From: Gracilinanus agilis | Taxonomy: Eukaryota | Length of the DNA stretch: 64,000 bases | Direction of reading: 5' to 3' | Assembly (NCBI RefSeq): GCF_016433145.1 | Contig: NC_058130.1 | Span: forward strand, 735,156,692 to 735,220,691 | Shown here: positions 11,954 through 23,073 of the stretch, piece by piece | Layout of the letters: the number at the start of each line of letters is the position of its first letter | Position numbering within the stretch: the first letter of the stretch is position 1 | Notes under the pieces: generated by a model | The model's database searches: none | What the model was told of the DNA's origin: nothing | What the model saw: only the letters and a program-made list of their open reading frames with translations | Made by a program: the position numbers and the translations under genes

Positions 11954-13549
11954 ATGCCAATGAAATCTTATCACACACTTACCCCAGTCAATATGGGAGA
12001 GAAGAGTATGGCCACTTCAAATTGGCCAAAGATCGGATTAACTCCAGATATCTTGTCCCTTGTTTTTAGGTCCATAAAAAAGCTAGAACCAAGCTATTAG
12101 TATTGTCTAAAGGACCTGCTTTAATGAATAGATAAAAATTAAGGATTTCATGGTATTTTAAAAAGTGCTTGCAAATGGTGTTGTGTTTCCCCCGCCCCCC
12201 ATTCCTTCCCTCCACCAGATCGAAATAATCCCTCTCACCAGACTCTCTCTGGAGCCCAAATTACGTGAGCCTGGCTCCTTTTCTTCAGCATTATTAAGAT
12301 TTCAAATTAATGAGATTTGACTTCACTATACATATACTGCACGGGTTTTCCTTTTCACAAATAAGTAGCCCTTAACCCAAGAATTCCCAAAGAGTTTTCT
12401 ATTTGGGGAAGGTTCTCCAGAAATCATTTCATAGAATTATAATATCTTGGAGTTGGAAGATATTACAGGCCATCTCACCCTAACTCAACTGTAATCAATC
12501 AGTCTCCAAGCATGTATTAAGTACTGACTAATGGCAGGAGCCACGCTAACCACCACACTCCAAGAACATCCTTGGCTGGTGGCCATCCCTCACTGGAAAA
12601 TGGCGGCCATGTCCAACATTCTCTTCACTGTCTTCAATGGGCACTGAGAAGAGGAGGGACAGAGCCAGTAGATTTGATGCAGGACGTGAAGCGAGGTCTT
12701 CCTGAAGCTAGATCTCTATCCACAACCACCCAGATACACAGGAAAGAGAGTCGGAGCTCACCTTCTAGGATTTTCCTGTCCATTTGGAGATGTGACCAAA
12801 GCCAGTGTGGAAAAGGAGCTAATAATTCAGGAGGTTCTTTGCCAGGGACCAGTGGAAGGAGCCACAGTTAGTTATGGCTATGGGGCCTCAAAGGAAAGAA
12901 ACTGGACAATCCCAGGTAGTAGAAGGTGGTACTTTTATTGGGCCTTAAAAGGGTGGGTAAGATTTGGAAGGGAGGGAATANNNNNNNNNNNNNNNNNNNN
13001 NNNNNNNNNNNNNNNNNNNNNNNNNNNNNNNNNNNNNNNNNNNNNNNNNNNNNNNNNNNNNNNNNNNNNNNNNNNNNNNNNNNNNNNNNNNNNNNNNNNN
13101 NNNNNNNNNNNNNNNNNNNNNNNNNNNNNNNNNNNNNNNNNNNNNNNNNNNNNNNNNNNNNNNNNNNNNNNNNNNNNNNNNNNNNNNNNNNAGGGAGGGA
13201 GGGAGACAGAGAAGAGGAGNNNNNNNNNNNNNNNNNNNNNNNNNNNNNNNNNNNNNNNNNNNNNNNNNNNNNNNNNNNNNNNNNNNNNNNNNNNNNNNNN
13301 NNNNNNNNNNNNNNNNNNNNNNNNNNNNNNNNNNNNNNNNNNNNNNNNNNNNNNNNNNNNNNNNNNNNNNNNNNNNNNNNNNNNNNNNNNNNNNNNNNNN
13401 NNNNNNNNTGCCACCCTTTCTTCTCTTCTTCCTCTGTTCTCAGCCTTTAGTAATCTGATTTCCATTCTGCTCATTCAGCTGCAATTGTGATTGCAAATGA
13501 TCTCTTAATTGCCAAATTCAGACCTTTTCTTAATCTTCATCTTTATTTT

Positions 13550-13745
13550 TTTTAAACCCTTACCTTCCATCTTAGAATCAATACTGGGAATTGGTTCCAA
13601 GGCAGAAGAGCAGTAAGAGCTAGGCAATGGAGGTGAAGTGACTTGCCCAGGGTCCCACAGCTAGGAAGTGTCTGAGACCAGATTTGAACCCAGGACCTCC
13701 CTTTCCTGGGCTTGACTCTCCATCCACTGAACGACCCAACAGCTC
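13550..13745 (-). mobile_element. SINE1_Mdo-like SINE
   Basis: reverse-complement match to the SINE consensus seen across the window. Confidence 0.85.
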
Positions 13746-13907
13746 CCAAATATACGTATATTTTCAAAAGAATGTAAGCTCCTTGAGGGCAAAAATCGTT
13801 TTTGTTTTTCTTTGCATCCCAAGTACTTAGCACAGTAAATACTTAATGCTTGTCTGTTGCGACAAGTAGGAGGTAGAGATGAACCTAGAGCCAAAAGAGG
13901 AGCTGGA

Positions 13908-14100
13908 AGGGCAGCTAAGTGGCTCAAGGGATAGAGAACCAGGTCTGGAGACTTGTGGTCCTGGATTCAAATATGGACTCCATAACTTTCTTGCTTGACT
14001 GTGGGCAAATCAATTAACCCTAATTGCTTAGCTCTTACTGCTCTTCTGCCTTGGAACCAATATTAATTCTAAGACAGAAGGTAAAGTTAAAAAAAAAAAA
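13908..14100 (+). mobile_element. SINE1_Mdo-like SINE
   Basis: gggcagctaagtggctc head and A tail. Confidence 0.8.
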
Positions 14101-14487
14101 AAAGGAGCTGGGTTTGAATCCCTCCTCCAAAATACTATCTGTTAGCCCCAGACAACAAACTCTCTGAAAAAGAGCCTTCGTTCTCTTATTAGTAAAATTG
14201 TAATAATAACATTTCTGGGGGTCACTACCTCTCAGTTGATATGAAGATCAACTGAGTTAAAATAAAAAAATTTAAATTAAAAATTTTTATTAAAAAAATT
14301 AAAAATAAATAAGTAAATGAGTTAAAATCTATAAAGGCTTTGCATATCTCGAAGTGCCATAGAAATGGAGCTTTTACAACGGTTCTTTAATTTTGAGAAG
14401 GAAACGGGGAAAGAGGAAGTCCACCTTTATCATCAGTTATTATTAGCTTGACTGTTTTTATCTCTATTTTTATAAAAGTGTCTATTC

Positions 14488-14690
14488 TGGGGGCAGCTGG
14501 GTAGCTCAGTGGATTGAGAGCCAGGCCTAGAGACGGGAGGTCCTGGGTTCAAATGTGGCCTCAGACACTTCCCAGCTGTGTGACCCTGGGCAAGTCACTT
14601 GACCCCCATTGCCTACCCTTACTACTCTTCTGCCTTGGAGCCAATACACAGTATTTATTTTAAGACGGAAGGTGAGGTTAAAAAAAAAAA
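14488..14690 (+). mobile_element. Full-length SINE1_Mdo-like SINE with TSD
   Basis: TSD aaaagtgtctattc (14474-14487) / aaaagtatctattc (14688-14701). Confidence 0.92.
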
Positions 14691-14996
14691 AGTATCTATT
14701 CACAATTCGCTCTGAGTTTTTGTCCAGCAGTGCTTGCAGAGGGAATGTGGGCAGCGGTTAGAAAGCTGCCCCTCTGGGGGGGTTGGGGGGGAGGGTCGTC
14801 TAGCGAACGGGCTTGCCGAGAAGGCGCAGAGCTGCTTTTCCAGAAGGTGCTCCCTCCTACATCGCCGATGTCTCACAGATCTCTGTTTGATTTGATCTCT
14901 GTGTTTTTAGGGTTTGGGGTTCGGGTTTTGGTTGGGCACCCCAGGAGGGACCCTCGTAATGCCCCCCAGGCTCATTCCGCCCCCCTCTGTCCCCAG

Positions 14997-15212
14997 AAAC
15001 CTGCGAAGGAGTAGACTGTGGTCCCGGCAAGGTGTGTAAGATGCACGGCGGCCGGCCCCACTGCGCCTGCGCCCCTGACTGCTCCGGACTTTCCATGCAG
15101 CTGCAAGTCTGTGGCTCGGACGGAGTCACCTACAGGGACGAGTGTGAGCTGCGGACCATCAAGTGTCAGGGCCACCCAGACCTGGGCGTCATGTACCAAG
15201 GGCACTGTAAAA
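14997..15212 (+). CDS. FSTL3: FSTL3 exon 3 (follistatin domain 1, [11 protein letters not shown]...[15 protein letters not shown]...YQGHCK)
   Basis: ccccag acceptor, gtgagc donor, 216 nt, 10-Cys follistatin/Kazal pattern. Confidence 0.97.
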
Positions 15213-15776
15213 GTGAGCTCCCGGCGGCGGCCCAGGCTCCTCCTCCCTCCCTTCCTCCACTCTCCCCCTCTGTCAAGGCACCTAGATAAAGGACTGGACT
15301 TGGAGGCAGGAAGATCTGAGTTCGGATCCCGCCTCACACAATTCCCTGTGTCTCCCCGGGCAGGTCCCTTCCCTTCTGCCTCTCCATTTTGTCATCTGCA
15401 AAATGGGGAGAAGAGCGCCGACTCAGAGCGTCCTTTTGAGGATCAAAGGAGATAAAATTTGGAAAGCACTTTGCAGACCTTAAAGTGATACGCAAACGTT
15501 AGCTATCATTATGGCTGCCGTACTCCTCGGTGAACCTTTCCCTGCCCCTCACTGAGCCCCCATCCGCCTTCCTTGGTCTGCCTTCTCCCCGCCGACCTCC
15601 ATCTCTCTCCCTTGGCTGCCATTGCCCTCCCAGAGTTCCCATCCCTCTTGCTTAGCCCCTCCATCTCCCTCGCTGAGCCCCAGCGGCTCCTTACTTAGCT
15701 CTCCATCCCGCCACTGGCCTCCCGTCACCCCGAGGGACCCTCCTCGTGCCTCACTGACCCCCCTCTTCCCCCTCAG

Positions 15777-16004
15777 AGAGCTGCTCCCTTGTGGTGTGTC
15801 CAGGGACTCACACGTGTGTGGTGGACCAGACTGGCAGTGCCCACTGTGTCATCTGCCGCTCTGCCCCCTGCCCTGTGCCCTCCAGCCCCAACCAGCAGCT
15901 GTGCGGCAACAACAACGTCACCTATGCCTCTTCCTGCCACCTTCGGCAGGCCACTTGCTTCCTGGGCAGATCCATTGGTGTGCGGCACTCTGGCAGCTGC
16001 ACAG
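15777..16004 (+). CDS. FSTL3: FSTL3 exon 4 (follistatin domain 2, [12 protein letters not shown]...LCGNNNVTY...[15 protein letters not shown])
   Basis: cctcag acceptor, gtaggt donor, 228 nt, in frame with exon 3. Confidence 0.97.
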
Positions 16005-16195
16005 GTAGGTGCCCTGGCAGGGGCTGGGGAGCAGGGAGGGCATTCATGAATGAATGAATACACGTGTATGGGGCGGCAGTCATTGGCCTCTGAGGGGGAG
16101 ATTCAGCCCTGGTGGGGAAACATGGCCTTCCCCTTGGGGAGACCCTGCGCCCCCCCCTCCCTGAGGCTCCTTTCTCTTCCTGTCTCCCCTTGCAG

Positions 16196-16248
16196 TCAGC
16201 ACCACATTTCCTGGGCTTTTGGCAGAGGTGGAAGATAATTCCGTGTGA
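16196..16248 (+). CDS. FSTL3: FSTL3 exon 5 coding part (VSTTFPGLLAEVEDNSV*)
   Basis: polypyrimidine tract plus tgcag acceptor; TGA at 16246-16248; end resembles human ...AEEEENFV; total CDS 750 nt. Confidence 0.85.
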
Positions 16249-18010
16249 AGCTTGCCGCGGGTCCTACCCAGAGCCAAGGCAACCCTATTTATTATGAAGA
16301 GGGAGGCATATTTATGGCCCCCCAGACTCCAGCTGTGTTCTCTCTTCTAGACAACTCCCAGAGACCCTTGTTGAGGAGGGGAGAGATTGGGAGGATTATT
16401 ACGGCCTGACCGGGGCTGCCACGAGCGGATGGTGTGGTTGGTGGGAGAAGGATGGACATGACGGCTCCCTTGGAGGCTCCCAAAGAAGGAGGGCCAATCT
16501 CAGGGAGGGGGGGTGGTGGTTTGTAGCTCTTGGAGGAGCCGGGTGGGGCGGATATTTCAACATACCGTGGGGCCATCGAGGGAGCCTGGCAGAGAGGGAC
16601 AGAGGCAGATCTCCCAGCTGGGCTTTCACAATCCCTTCTGTTTAATGACCTTCCTGATGCAATTCTGGGCCCTAAGGGCTCTGCGGAGGGTGGGATTCCT
16701 GTGTAGATGTTCCCCTTCTCCTCTACCTCTCGAATGAGGGGCAGAGAGCTACCCAGGTCCCGAGCTTGAAGGATTTGGGGGATCCCAATCCCCGAAGGTG
16801 GAATGATGATGCTCTCCGCTTTGGAGATAAAGAAGTCTATGTGTGGGAGGCAGGGATGGGAGAAGACAGGTCCGATAGAGTGCCCTCCTTGCCACTGACT
16901 TTTCTTGGGGGAGGGATCCCCAGCTTCAGCCTTGGACCCATCCTAGCCTGAGACTGAAAGTTCTCAAGCCAAGTCCTTTCAGCGAAGTCAGACTGTCTCT
17001 AGAAAGGCCCCTCTGTTGGAGGGAACTCGAGGGAAGTGCCATCCCTATTCCCCACCCAAGCGCCAATGATCTGTTCCCCTTGTTCCTTCTTTGGGGGTAG
17101 GGGATAGGAGCCCTCCAAGTTCACCGTGTGACTTTGGGCTAATCCTTTCTCTTCTCTGATCCTATTTCTCCCTCTTTCCAATTGGGACCCGAACACCTCT
17201 CTGCCTGAGGATCATGGGAATGGTGGTGATTTCCTTTGGAAAGTGAAAAAAATAACCTGTATAAATGCAGTTCTCTGGTTCTCATTCTGAGCGTGGGGCG
17301 GTGGGTGGAGTCCTGGACTCGGGGTTCTAGGACTTCCCCTGTATCAGGTCCCCCCTGGTTCAGGTTCCCTGTGTGGGAAATGCTGGGGTTTGAGTTGATG
17401 GTCTCTAACCATCTTCCAGGGTGTGAGCCGGCCCACTCCTGAGCTGGGTTCCTGGAGGAGGGTCCCGGGAAGGGGGCACTAACAAAGACCCAGATGCAGG
17501 GGAGCGGGGTGATCCCGCCGAGGGCTGCCACCTGCTGGGCAGTCTGGGGAATATGGAGAAATGGGAATGAGGATGAATGGAGCAGAGAAAGGGGAGAGGC
17601 AATGAGTTAAGAGAGGCAGAGACAGGAAAGGAAGGAGCATGAAAGAAGCAGAGAAGGGAGAGGCGGAGAGACAGGGAATGGAAAGAAAGCGGGCGAGGGA
17701 GAGGGCAAGGGAGGGAAGGCAGACACGTGGGGAGACGAGACCCCACAATCCAGGAGTTTCCAGATGTCAAAGCCAAAGGGGATTGGGTAAGGACAGGGGA
17801 GGAAAGGTCCTGGATAACAATAGCCTGGAGTGATCCCCAAAGGAGGAGAGATTTGGGCAAGTCAGATGCCAGGCTGTTAGCTCCATGCATGATCTCACGG
17901 GCACGGAGGAGGGGTGTACCACATAGAATACGCACACAATTAACATACATTTATCTTTAGTATCAGGAACCATCTCAGAGTCTAGGAGGGGAAGGGAGTA
18001 AGAGTGGGAC

Positions 18011-18166
18011 CTATCCAGATTTCTGAGTCACACTCTGGATCCAAGTGATGAAGGCAGAGACAAGTGTGTAGACATCTGGAGTTCTGGGGTCTCCACACCA
18101 GGTGCCCGAGAAGGAGACGATGCCCAGGACTTGCTTTCCACAGATCAGGGGCCCTCCAGAGTCCGC
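18011..18166 (-). CDS. PRSS57: PRSS57 (NSP4) exon 5 ([10 protein letters not shown]...[18 protein letters not shown]...*)
   Basis: cag acceptor, catalytic Ser in ADSGGP (Ala193 typical of PRSS57), TAG stop at 18013-18011. Confidence 0.95.
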   Translation of the reverse strand, partial: ADSGGPLICGKQVLGIVSFSGTWCGDPRTPDVYTLVSAFITWIQSVTQKSG

Positions 18167-18704
18167 CTGGCAGGGGAAAGGGTCCTGCTGGTTAGAGTGC
18201 TGATCCTGAGGGGTCCCACCTTGGCACCCAGCACTGCTCTGGGTAAGCTCCCCACCATGCCCAGGGCTGTGGGGGAACCTGCTAAATGCTAGTCTCAGCC
18301 CTGTCCCTTATCAATGTCATTCCCTCTCTTTGGGGCTCAGTATCCTCCTTGATAAAATAAGTATGTTGGATTCAGTGATCTCTAAGTTCTATAACTCTCT
18401 GATGCTCTCTCTGATCTATAAGATGGGAGTAATACCTGCCCTGCGCCCTCACGGTATCATAGACCAAGAACTGGGAGCAATCTTAAGAGACAATCTAGTC
18501 TAGTGATTCTTAACCTGGGGCCCAAGGATCTAGTCCAGAGGTTCTTAACCTGGGATTCTCTCCAACAGTCAGTCCTGTGGATAGATTTCAAAGGAATCTG
18601 TGAACTTATATGGGGGAAAATGACTTCTTTATTTTCACTAACCTTTAAAATCTGGTCATTTCCTTCCAATATGATTTTTTTTAAAAATGGAAACTCCAAG
18701 TCCA

Positions 18705-18908
18705 ATTTTAAATTTAAACCTTTACCCTCCGTCTTGGAATCAATACTGGGTATTAGTCCCAAAGCAGAAGAGTGGTAAGGGTAGGCAACGGGGGTCAAGT
18801 GACTTGCCCAGGGTCACACAGCTGGGAAGTGTCTGAGGCCAGATTTGAACCTAGGACCTTCCGTCTCTAGGCCTGGCTCTCAATCCACTGAGCCACACAG
18901 CTGCCCCC
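18705..18908 (-). mobile_element. SINE1_Mdo-like SINE (left arm of an inverted pair)
   Basis: full consensus match; flanking duplication aatatgattttt..aaaaa. Confidence 0.9.
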
Positions 18909-18939
18909 CTAATATGATTTTTTAAAAAATTATTACCTT

Positions 18940-19130
18940 GGGGGGCAGCTGGGTAGCTCAGTGGATTGAGAGTCAGGCCTAGGTTCAAATCTGGCCACAG
19001 ACACTTCCTAGCTGTGTGACCCTGGGCAAGTCACTTGACCCCCATTGCCTAGCCCTTACCACTCTTCTGCTTTGGGACTAATACCCAGTATTGATTCCAA
19101 GACTGAGGGTAAGGGTTTAAATTTAAAATA
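18940..19130 (+). mobile_element. SINE1_Mdo-like SINE (right arm of an inverted pair)
   Basis: consensus match with a short internal deletion; flanking duplication aaaattattacc. Confidence 0.9.
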
Positions 19131-19851
19131 TATATATATATATGTATGTATACATGTATATATAAAATAAAATAAAAATAAAAATTATTACCCTGAGAGA
19201 GATCCATAGACTTCACCAGATTGCCAAAGTGCTTTAGCTTTAACACTAAAAAGGTTACTTCTATCAAGTCCAATTGCCTTATTTTATAGAGGAGGAAAAT
19301 GAGAGTCAACTAGGCTAGGCATGTGGCATTCTCCTGTTTTGGGGTTCCACACACACTCTCTCTTCTGTTTCTATCTCTTCCACCTTTTACTTTGTCTCTG
19401 CCTGTTTTTTCCACATCAGGACCAAAGCCTGAGTGATTAGCTTTAGAGAGTCCTGAGCAAATAAGAAAGGGGAGAGATCGGAAGTCCAGGTAGCAAATGA
19501 ATCTTCAGGCAGGGCCATCTATATGGAAGTGGAAAGGTCCCAGGAGGTGGGAAGCCCAGGATGGGTCCCTTTCTGAGCCCTAGCTTGCCCGGGTAGAATC
19601 AAAGAATCAAATCCTGCCTAGGATGCTAATGTCAGTAAATCACTTTACCTCCCCCGACCTCAGTTTCCTCCTATGTAAAAATGAAGACATTTGGGTTAGT
19701 TCATCTGAGAGCTTCCACCAGGCTGTAGCTCTCTGATTCTATGGTTCATAAGGGATGATCGAGCAAAAACTCCCTGGACTAAGCCTTCTTTTCCATGGCC
19801 TGCAGGGATAGTTGGACCTAGGGACCATTAGAGACACGGCGTGTCACTCAC

Positions 19852-20112
19852 CGTGCAGAAGCCTATGCGCTTCCATTTCTCACCAATGGCACAAAGCATC
19901 TTGCTGCTGATTTGGCCTTTCCAGGAGCTGTTACAGGTCATCCGATCCAGCACACTCACGTCCGCCTCCATTAAGCCTGGTGATGGGTGTCCGAAGTCAG
20001 ACAGAGAGCCCCAGCCTGACACCAGGCACCGTGTGCCATGCTTGGGGTCCACACCTTCCCCGGGCAGCTTCACTAGTCCCACTGAGGAGCTGAGGGTAGC
20101 CTCGCGATCTAG
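19852..20112 (-). CDS. PRSS57: PRSS57 exon 4 (LDREATL...CLVSGWG...GLMEA...CNSSWKG...GFCT)
   Basis: 261 nt, phase 0/0, cag acceptor and gtgagt donor; lies within ORF 19828..20184. Confidence 0.95.
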
Positions 20113-20943
20113 CTGGGGAGCAGAGAACGGTAGCTGTGGATCAGGAAGCATCCTTCGGCCATCATAGTGCCTGCCACTGACCAACAGGAAAAGTCTCCTG
20201 AATTCTCATCTAAATATGTCCTCTTGCAACAATAGCTGGCATTTATTCAGGGCTGTCATATTTGAAAAGAGCTTCAGTTGAGGACATTATCCCAAGTGAC
20301 CCCCTACGACAGACTCTAAGGGTATCATTATCCCTATTTGATTCAAGCATCGTGGATAGACCCCTTGTTGAGATCCTAGGGGAGGGCACGAAGAAGAATT
20401 GCTGAAGCAGGCAAGGAGGTGTTATGAGAAGCATTTTTGGAGGGAATATCCACATTGACGAGATCACAGATAGGAAATCAAGGAGGCAAAAGATTAACTT
20501 GACTGATCTCCCTGCGGGGGTGCCGATGAGAGAGGTAGGGGTTGGAAGGTGTGTAGAATCTGAGTCCAAATCTTTGCTTACACTAGGTTCATTCTTCTTC
20601 TGCTTAGAACAAGCTTCATCCCCTTACAGATCCTGCCTCTGCTGAGAGGTATTACTTAAGAAGCCTCTCTGTGCTAAGCAACCCCTGTTCCTCTAGCCGT
20701 GTGCTTTGGGACCCTAAGAAAGTCTCTTCCCTTCTCTGGGGTTCACCTTCCCTGTAGTCAAACCAAAGGGAATTGGACTCTAATCTCTAATGCCTGTCCG
20801 TCTTAGGTTTGATGGTGTTCTGGGTCCCTTCTGGCCCCGACAGTGTGTGTGTGTGTGTGTGTGTGTGTGTCTGACAACAACTCTGGACACCAGGAAGGAG
20901 AAGGGGAAAGGACACTGAGAAGATCTCCAGCACTTTAGCTTAC

Positions 20944-21088
20944 CTTCAGCAGACAAAGATCATTTTGATGCGTCTGAGGATCATAGTCTGGGTGCAGGAT
21001 AGATTGCTGGATGGTGAAAGTTTGTTGAGTGGGCTCAGTGTTGTTGGTGGAGTGGGCACCCAGCACTATCAGGCTAAGGCTGGTGTTT
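20944..21088 (-). CDS. PRSS57: PRSS57 exon 3 (IVLGAH...EPTQQTF...HPDY...NDLCLLK)
   Basis: 145 nt, catalytic Asp102 motif, cag acceptor and gtaagc donor. Confidence 0.95.
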
Positions 21089-21942
21089 CTGTGTTGGGAA
21101 AGAAATGTGACCTTCCAACCTGCTCTCCTCGGAGAAGGCCACTGGAGGACCAAGAGCAGGGAGGTTCGAATCTTTCATCTACCTATAAAACACTTGGGAG
21201 ATAGGTCAGATTTGAACCTTGGCTTGAGCAAGTCCCTTCCTCTCTCTGGACTTCCGTTATTCCTTCTGTAAAATGAAAGGTTGGACTGCCCTCTAGCTTT
21301 GGATCTTATGAATATATAGAGATGAAGGAGAAGTTGAGGGAGAAAAGATGGTGGAATAAACCCTGGGCTAAAGACTCAGGATTTTGAGTCCTAGTACTGC
21401 CATTGATGCAAATATTTCCCCTCTCTGGGGCTCAATTTTTCCGTCTTTAAAATGGGAACTTAATTCAGTGGTCTCTAGAATCTCTTTTAATTCTGACAAT
21501 ATATGAGTCTAAAAGGCAGTTAGGTATAGCAAGGGACAAATCTCTGAACCCCAGAAGACAGAACAGGTTCAAGATCAGGAGATTCTGATGGCCTTTGGTT
21601 CAGGAAAAATTAGAAAGGGGTGAAATGGGGGCAGGTAGGTGGTTCAGTAGATAAATAACCAGGCCTGGGGACCAGAAGTCCTGGGTTCAAGTCTGACCTT
21701 TGACCCTTCCCAAATGGATGACCCTGGACAAGTCACTCAGTCACCCTTTGGCTAGCTCTTTCTGTTCTGCCTTGGATCCAATACATAGTATTGATTCTAA
21801 GATGAAAGGTAAAGGTTTTTAAATTAAAAAAATTTTTTTTTAAATAGAAAAAAGAAAGGGATATAGGTGAAAGCCCTGGGGAGATAGCTGGATCCCTCTT
21901 GGTTGGGGTCTGGGAGCTAGAGCAAGGAGGGTTCCCTCTTAC

Positions 21943-22096
21943 TTGTTGAAGAAGCAGTGGGCTGCCGTCATCACCCACTGGGCCATGAAAAGCACTCCTC
22001 CACAGTGATGTTGGCCCATAAAGCGCACGGAAGCCATATAGGGCCTGGAGTGTGGCTTTACCTCTCGGCCACCAATAATTCGACCACTCTTGCAGC
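21943..22096 (-). CDS. PRSS57: PRSS57 exon 2 (..[23 protein letters not shown]...TAAHC)
   Basis: 154 nt, IIGG mature N-terminus, catalytic His57, gtaaga donor. Confidence 0.95.
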
Positions 22097-22375
22097 CTGG
22101 GAGCCCACAACAGCCAAGGAAAAAGGTAAGGATACCTGTCAGAAGCCAGCCTGGGGGACACAGAGGGTTGCAGAATCAGGATTCTTTGTAAAGGACCAAG
22201 GAAGGTAACAGAGAGAGAAAGAGAAACTTGACCTTTTGTTTCCCAGCCTTTGGTGAAGGAAGAGAGAGCAGGAGGGTAAAAGGTGACAGGAGAGAATTAG
22301 GAGCAGACACTTATTAGGTGACTAAGGCAGAGATGGGTATGGAGAGGGAAACAGGGTTGGAGAAAGAGATGAGGG

Positions 22376-22670
22376 GATGAGAATGGAGATTGGGGTCAGG
22401 GAGAATGGTGGAAATGAGGTCAGATACAAGGATGAGGGAAAGAGGAAAGGATGGGGATGGAGATGGAGATTGGGGTCAGGAAGCATGATGGGAATGAGGC
22501 CAGAAACAAGGATGAGGGAAAGAGGAAAGGAGGGGATGGAGATGGAGATTGGGGTCAGGGAGCATGATGGGAATGAGGCCAGATACAAGGATGAGGGAAA
22601 GAGAGAGGAAAGGATGGGGATGGGGATGGGGATTGGGGTCAGGGAGCATGACGGAAATGGGGATAAGGAG
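22376..22670. repeat. About 80-bp purine-rich minisatellite, roughly 3.5 copies, in PRSS57 intron 1
   Basis: attggggtcagg recurs at 22389, 22469, 22548 and 22632. Confidence 0.9.
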
Positions 22671-22898
22671 AGATGAGCATGGTTACAAGGAAAGTGATGA
22701 GGATGGGAAAGAAGCAGGAATAGAGATAGGATCAGAGTTGACAGAAAGTCAGTCATAAGGAAGAGCTTGGAGCTATGGAGAGGGGAAAAGAAATAAGGAA
22801 GTAGAGATAAAGGGAAGGGAGTCAGAGAGGGGTGAAGGGAAGGACAGAAGGGTGCTCCTGTCCCCAGGTTCCCAAACTCCTGGGAGCCTCTTGCTTAC

Positions 22899-22962
22899 GC
22901 TGGGCGTCCATGGGAACCAGTAGACTCAGTGGCAGCATTCTTGAGCTCCAGCCTGGCCCCAT
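22899..22962 (-). CDS. PRSS57: PRSS57 exon 1 (MGPGWSSRMLPLSLLVPMDAQ)
   Basis: ATG, 64 nt, phase-1 gtaagc donor in frame with exon 2; the leader is only moderately hydrophobic. Confidence 0.7.
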
Positions 22963-23016
22963 CTCTCCTCCTCAGTTCCTACTACCTGCAGCTCTGGACC
23001 TCCCACTGGCTTGATG

Positions 23017-23073
23017 GAGGAAGGGACACAGGAACAGGGCTCAGGGCGGAAAGGAGGATCTAGTCCTGTGGTT
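23017..23073. promoter_or_regulatory. PRSS57 proximal promoter motifs: ETS/PU.1-like GAGGAAG (23017-23023) and RUNX TGTGGTT (23067-23073)
   Basis: consensus matches within about 110 nt upstream of the PRSS57 ATG; function inferred. Confidence 0.4.

Larger units (their letters stand above)
18536..19262 (+). mobile_element. Charlie-type hAT MITE (MER33/Charlie1-like) interrupted by two SINEs
   Basis: left end cagaggttcttaacctggg; 8-bp TSD atctagtc (18528-18535) / atcaagtc (19263-19270); 35-bp duplication of the left junction. Confidence 0.65.

Noticed and set aside
12540-12960. Possible pseudogene or ERV fragment with a YY1 motif AAAATGGCGGC (12597-12607)
   Set aside because: The frames I translated show no recognisable protein and there is no clear PBS/LTR; a single motif is insufficient.
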